Virus record (IMG/VR): IMGVR_UViG_3300037462_000147
Span: 1-36,752 of that record
Source of the DNA: a virus
Taxonomy: Duplodnaviria; Caudoviricetes
Reading direction: 5' to 3' (one strand)
Length of the DNA: 36,752 nucleotides
Positions 33,185 through 36,752 of this stretch are shown piece by piece (position 1 is the first letter of the stretch; the number at the start of each line of letters is the position of its first letter). Made by a program: the position numbers and the translations under genes. The notes below the pieces were generated by a model. The model made no database searches. It had not been told where the DNA came from and saw nothing but the letters and a program-made list of their open reading frames with translations.

Positions 33185-33345
33185 TATTCGGCCTTCGGCG
33201 GGCGTCCGCGACGCTTGGGAGCTTCCTCTGCGTCAGGGAACCATTCTTTGAGCTGTGCAAGCTCTTCTGCTTCGTCGTTGACGATGGCGTATTGCTTCGG
33301 GTCTGCGCTCGGCTCGCCCTTGTAAATCATCTTGGGGTAGTCCAT
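33184..33345 (-). CDS. 53-aa protein with C-terminal AT-hook-like KRRGRPPK
   Basis: Read manually: MDYPKMIYKGEPSADPKQYAIVNDEAEELAQLKEWFPDAEEAPKRRGRPPKAE; GAGG RBS; TAATG coupling. Confidence 0.8.
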   Translation of the reverse strand: MDYPKMIYKGEPSADPKQYAIVNDEAEELAQLKEWFPDAEEAPKRRGRPPKAE

Positions 33346-33354
33346 AGACACCTC

Positions 33355-33381
33355 AAAAAGCGGGGAGCCGAAGCCCCCCGC
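33355..33381 (-). terminator. Intrinsic terminator after the coat gene
   Basis: GCGGGGGGC-UUCG-GCUCCCCGC followed by UUUUU. Confidence 0.9.
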
Positions 33382-33388
33382 AGTTCAC

Positions 33389-34630
33389 TTAGGCCACCAG
33401 CTTGCAGGCCAGTTCGGGGTAGGTCGCAGCCCACCCGTACAGCACGTCAAGACGAGTGACGTTGCGGTCGTTCAGGCCGTCGTAGAAGGTCACAACCTTG
33501 ATGGTCATGCCCTTGTACGTTTCCTGAGCCTGGTCAATCACACCGTTGCCATTGGTGGACGGCAGAACCATCGGCACGCAAGCCAGCGTGAAGGCGTCCT
33601 TGTGATAGGCCACGTTCGCGCGGTAGCTGGCGTTGGCTGCACCCAGCACCGAGATGGCTGCCAAGTTGGCCGGGCTGGCGGTCACGTTCTGGAATGCACC
33701 AGAAGGCGTGATAGCCGGGCTGATCGGGATGGACGTTGCGCCGGCAAGTACGTCAGCGGTCACGACGAACTGTTGCAGACGGCCAGTGGACTGGCGCGAC
33801 TGCGGGTTCACCGAGAACACACCCGCGATGGTGATGATCGAACCACGGGTGATGGTGCCCGTGATCGATGCGCCGGTAACCGTCAGGTTGGAGCCGGTCT
33901 GGCCTGCGCCTGCAACGGTGCCGCCCGTGGTGGGCTGCGTGCCGTTGGTGTGCGTCTGCACGTTCTGATCCATGGCGAAGCTCAGGCCCAGCGGGTCAAC
34001 CAGCAGGCCCTTGTCGTACTGCTCGGAGAGCTTGCGCTGGTTGTTGAACAGACCCTGCAGACCAGACACCAGACCGGCGTTCATGAACGGCTCAGTGACT
34101 AGGAAGCGGTCTTGACGCGGTGCGCCTGCGTAGTCCAGCACAGCGTTGGCTTCCGTCATGGCACCCAGCGCGGCGGCTTGGGTGTTCGGCAGTGCGCCCA
34201 CGGTGCCAAGGCCAGTACCCGACACGTTGGCAGCATGGAACGTGGCAAAGCGAGCCAGCGCCAGGCCGTCAAGGTCGATCTGGTTGGCAATCGGAGCCAT
34301 CGCAGCCATCAGCTTCTGTTCGATCTGCTGCAGCGACAGGGTGCGGTCCAGCGTAGAAAAGCCGAGTTCCGTACCGCCTTGGTTGACGGTCAGCGGAACG
34401 GTCGTTTCGACGGTGGCCTGCGGGCCTGCAATGGCAGCGCCAGAGCGGTACGTGTAGCGCGGGGGGCGCTTGATCTGGATGGTCTGGCCGGACGAATAGC
34501 CGCGTGACTGGTTAGACGCGAACTCGCTCTCGTAAGCGCGGTTTGCGTTGCTGGCAAAGCCCAGCATGTTTTCTAGGATCGCGAGGGCTTCCTTCGCGAC
34601 AATCGAGCAAGTAACAAGAGTGTTTGACAT
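33389..34630 (-). CDS. Major capsid protein, P22 gp5-like
   Basis: MSN.L.T...VAKEAL.ILEN.L......R.Y...F....G.TI.I..P; YHKDAFTLA; RLDVLYGW....PE.AC. Confidence 0.93.
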   Translation of the reverse strand: MSNTLVTCSIVAKEALAILENMLGFASNANRAYESEFASNQSRGYSSGQTIQIKRPPRYTYRSGAAIAGPQATVETTVPLTVNQGGTELGFSTLDRTLSLQQIEQKLMAAMAPIANQIDLDGLALARFATFHAANVSGTGLGTVGALPNTQAAALGAMTEANAVLDYAGAPRQDRFLVTEPFMNAGLVSGLQGLFNNQRKLSEQYDKGLLVDPLGLSFAMDQNVQTHTNGTQPTTGGTVAGAGQTGSNLTVTGASITGTITRGSIITIAGVFSVNPQSRQSTGRLQQFVVTADVLAGATSIPISPAITPSGAFQNVTASPANLAAISVLGAANASYRANVAYHKDAFTLACVPMVLPSTNGNGVIDQAQETYKGMTIKVVTFYDGLNDRNVTRLDVLYGWAATYPELACKLVA

Positions 34631-34650
34631 GATGCAAGTTCCTCAGAGGA

Positions 34651-35484
34651 TTAACGTCTTGCCCATTTCGCACCCTGCTTTTCACGAAGCTTGATGAACT
34701 CTTCCATGCTCATTCGGCCGGGGTCTTGATTGGCCGTGCTGGATCGTCCACCTACTGGCGTGATCGGCTTCGGTGCGCTGCTTGCCTTGGCCCTAGGTGC
34801 GGACACCTGAGACTCAAGACGCGCAAGGGCACGGGTCTGAGCCGCGCCTGACAGCCCTGCAATGCGCTCTGCTTCGTCGGGGTTGCGCCCAAAGTGGTAG
34901 GCCAGCTCTGGCCCCACGTCGGATTCGCGGATGAAGTCAGCCATCGGATCGGTGATCTGTAGGCTGTCGTTCTCCAAAACCAACTCGACGAAATCAGGCG
35001 TCTGCTTGGCGAACTCTTGCGCTCGTTGCTCGAACGACTGTGCCAACGCTGCCTTCTGAGCACGCACGGCTTGTTCGGCCTGCTTCTGCTCAATCAGCCG
35101 CGCCTTTTCCTCGACTCGCCTTGCGACTTCGTATTCGGTTTTGGCTTCTAAATACGCTTCGTAGCTGTCGAATTGGGCACGTTGCGGGGGCTGCGCTGCT
35201 GGCTCGTTGCTTGCAGGCTGGTTGCCCAGTGCTGCACGCATCAAAACCGCTTCGGTCAGACGCCGCTGTTCGTTCAACTCACGGGTGAGCTTGTCAATAC
35301 GCTTCTGAACGCCACGCGGGACACGCTTTTCGGCCTCTTCGGCCTGTTGTGCTTCGCTAGTGGGTTCGCCGGGCGACTCTTGCCCGTCCGACGCTTGCGC
35401 GGCCTGCGTCTTGGCCTCTTCGGTTGCTGATTCCGGCGCGACTTCTTGACCCTCTGAGGGCGCAGCAGTCTGGTTTTCGGTCAT
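34651..35484 (-). CDS. Scaffolding protein (alternative start at 35529)
   Basis: Acidic N-terminus, VQKRIDKLT, GPELAY.....P.EA.RI, C-terminal P.PI.PVG...MSMEEF; directly upstream of the coat gene. Confidence 0.88.
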   Translation of the reverse strand: MTENQTAAPSEGQEVAPESATEEAKTQAAQASDGQESPGEPTSEAQQAEEAEKRVPRGVQKRIDKLTRELNEQRRLTEAVLMRAALGNQPASNEPAAQPPQRAQFDSYEAYLEAKTEYEVARRVEEKARLIEQKQAEQAVRAQKAALAQSFEQRAQEFAKQTPDFVELVLENDSLQITDPMADFIRESDVGPELAYHFGRNPDEAERIAGLSGAAQTRALARLESQVSAPRAKASSAPKPITPVGGRSSTANQDPGRMSMEEFIKLREKQGAKWARR

Positions 35485-35535
35485 GCTTTCTCGGTGAGAA
35501 AACGCCTGGTGAAGCGCACCAGTACGCATGACCGT

Positions 35536-35576
35536 ATGCTTGTCTTAGTGGGCGCGCAAAAACCGCGCTTGAGCGT
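35536..35576 (-). promoter_or_regulatory. Candidate late promoter for scaffold-coat (motif repeated at 14-26)
   Basis: ACGCTCAAGCGCG (35576-35564) and -10-like AAGCAT (35541-35536). Confidence 0.7.
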
Positions 35577-35891
35577 CTTTAAGCTGTGGCGAGCAGCAGA
35601 ATCACAGCCAAGGCATCCTCATCGTCTTGGTGCATCTGCTCAATGGCTGCGGCTTGCAAGGCTTGTTCGGCCTGCGCGGCAACGATCTGCGCGGCAAGGA
35701 ATGCAGACAGGCGCGCAGACTCTGCGGCACGTTCTGCGGCGCTGAGTGCGCGATCAATCTGCGGGGCCTCAACCACAAGGCGCGGTGCGGGGGCCGATGC
35801 CTCTACAGGCGCATCAAGTCCCATTGCCTTGCGGGCTTCAATGCGCTTCTTGTTGGAGACACGAGGCTCGCCTAGCCAGTACAGCGGCTGG
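35551..35891. repeat. Direct repeat copy 2 of 1-341
   Basis: See copy 1. Confidence 0.97.
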
Positions 35892-36376
35892 TTTTCACCT
35901 TGCGGCGCGATGATCTGCACCGGCTGGCCGTCAATCACGTAAGCGCCGGGGTCTGCGGTGATGCTGTACGCCGTTGGCCCTGCTGCGGGCGTGTAGGTCA
36001 GCGTGGCATCTTGACCGGTCAGGCTGTAGCTGCCTGCGGCTGCACCGAGTCGCCGCCCAAACCCGGCTGCCTGCCCGTTGATCGTGTAGCTGCCTGCCGT
36101 CGCGCCCATTGCGCGCCTAAAGCCCGCCGCCTGCCCTGTGAGGGTGTAGCTGCCCGCATCTGCCGTCAGCACGTAGCTCGTGCCGCCTGCCGGGGTGTAG
36201 GTCAGCGTCGCGTCTTGCCCCGCAATCGCATAGCTACCGGCGTCAGCGGTCAGCGTGTACGCAACAACGCCCGCGCCAAAGAACTCGTTTTGCAGCAGTA
36301 CAGATGCCGGACTGCGATCGGCCCATACGGCCGCGCCGCCCGCTGGCGTGCGGACATATTGGCTGCGCAGTTGCAT
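35579..36376 (-). CDS. Putative virion-associated protein, allele B (AGSY.I.GQ.A repeats plus the shared C-terminal module)
   Basis: About five A(D/T/A)(A/P)G(S/A)YxxxGQ repeats; the last 103 aa differ from 29-421 at only two residues. Confidence 0.8.
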   Translation of the reverse strand: MQLRSQYVRTPAGGAAVWADRSPASVLLQNEFFGAGVVAYTLTADAGSYAIAGQDATLTYTPAGGTSYVLTADAGSYTLTGQAAGFRRAMGATAGSYTINGQAAGFGRRLGAAAGSYSLTGQDATLTYTPAAGPTAYSITADPGAYVIDGQPVQIIAPQGENQPLYWLGEPRVSNKKRIEARKAMGLDAPVEASAPAPRLVVEAPQIDRALSAAERAAESARLSAFLAAQIVAAQAEQALQAAAIEQMHQDDEDALAVILLLATA

Positions 36377-36379
36377 CTC

Positions 36380-36752
36380 TTACCCGTGCGCGATCTTGCC
36401 GCCGCCGCGAACCGTGCCTGTGCTTGTCGTGCTGGTCACGACAACAAGGAACAGGCACGACGAGTTGAATATCTCAGGAAGGCCAAGCGCAGCCCAATCG
36501 AACACCTCGCCCTTGTTTGCGAGCGGCGCAGGCATGGTCATACGGGGTCGCGTTGCAGTGACACCGAAGCTGCCCGCCGCACCAGTGCTTGCCGAGAGCT
36601 GCACGCTGTCAACGGAGCGAATGAACTTGCCAGATGCGGACGCCGGAATAAGGCCATTTAGCGGGATCTTGCGGCCTGCGCGCACGGTGCCGCCTACGGC
36701 AACAAGGGTAAGCGTGCCCGTGGTGCCATCGTTGTAGGTCACATTCACGCTC
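36380..36752 (-). CDS. Partial (5'-truncated) putative virion protein of allele B
   Basis: Open to the window edge; IRSVDSVQLSASTG.AGSFGVTATR...DWAALGLP.I..SSCLF; no similarity by eye to 424-1578. Confidence 0.65.
   Translation of the reverse strand, partial: SVNVTYNDGTTGTLTLVAVGGTVRAGRKIPLNGLIPASASGKFIRSVDSVQLSASTGAAGSFGVTATRPRMTMPAPLANKGEVFDWAALGLPEIFNSSCLFLVVVTSTTSTGTVRGGGKIAHG

Overview
The window is an apparently complete (~35.55 kb, circularly closed) P22-like podophage genome; GC is roughly 60% by eye and a betaproteobacterial host is inferred, not shown. It is followed by ~1.2 kb of an alternative allele of the portal-scaffold interval. The minus strand carries cro, the early/replication/nin-type genes, TerS-TerL-portal and, after wrapping round, scaffold, coat, head completion, ejection proteins, tailspike, lysis genes and a metallophosphoesterase. 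The plus strand carries two tandem pentapeptide-repeat genes, RecT, an Rnl2-like ligase, SSB, HNH, NinB, a mosaic protein and an AlpA/Xis-like gene. No CI repressor, integrase, polymerase, helicase or reverse transcriptase is recognisable. Main observations: (1) a ~370-nt highly structured, promoter-driven candidate ncRNA with a perfect kissing-loop pair sits where cI normally lies; (2) a second ~350-nt structured non-coding element lies near where int/attP normally lies; (3) a palindrome ACGCT-YR-AGCGC sits at -41.5 of five candidate late promoters, one site being bidirectional; (4) two alternative virion-protein cassettes share a common C-terminal module; (5) the pentapeptide arrays are combinatorial and show no synonymous variation; (6) degenerate attC-like remnants flank accessory genes. 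All family calls come from motif recognition by eye, not from database searches.
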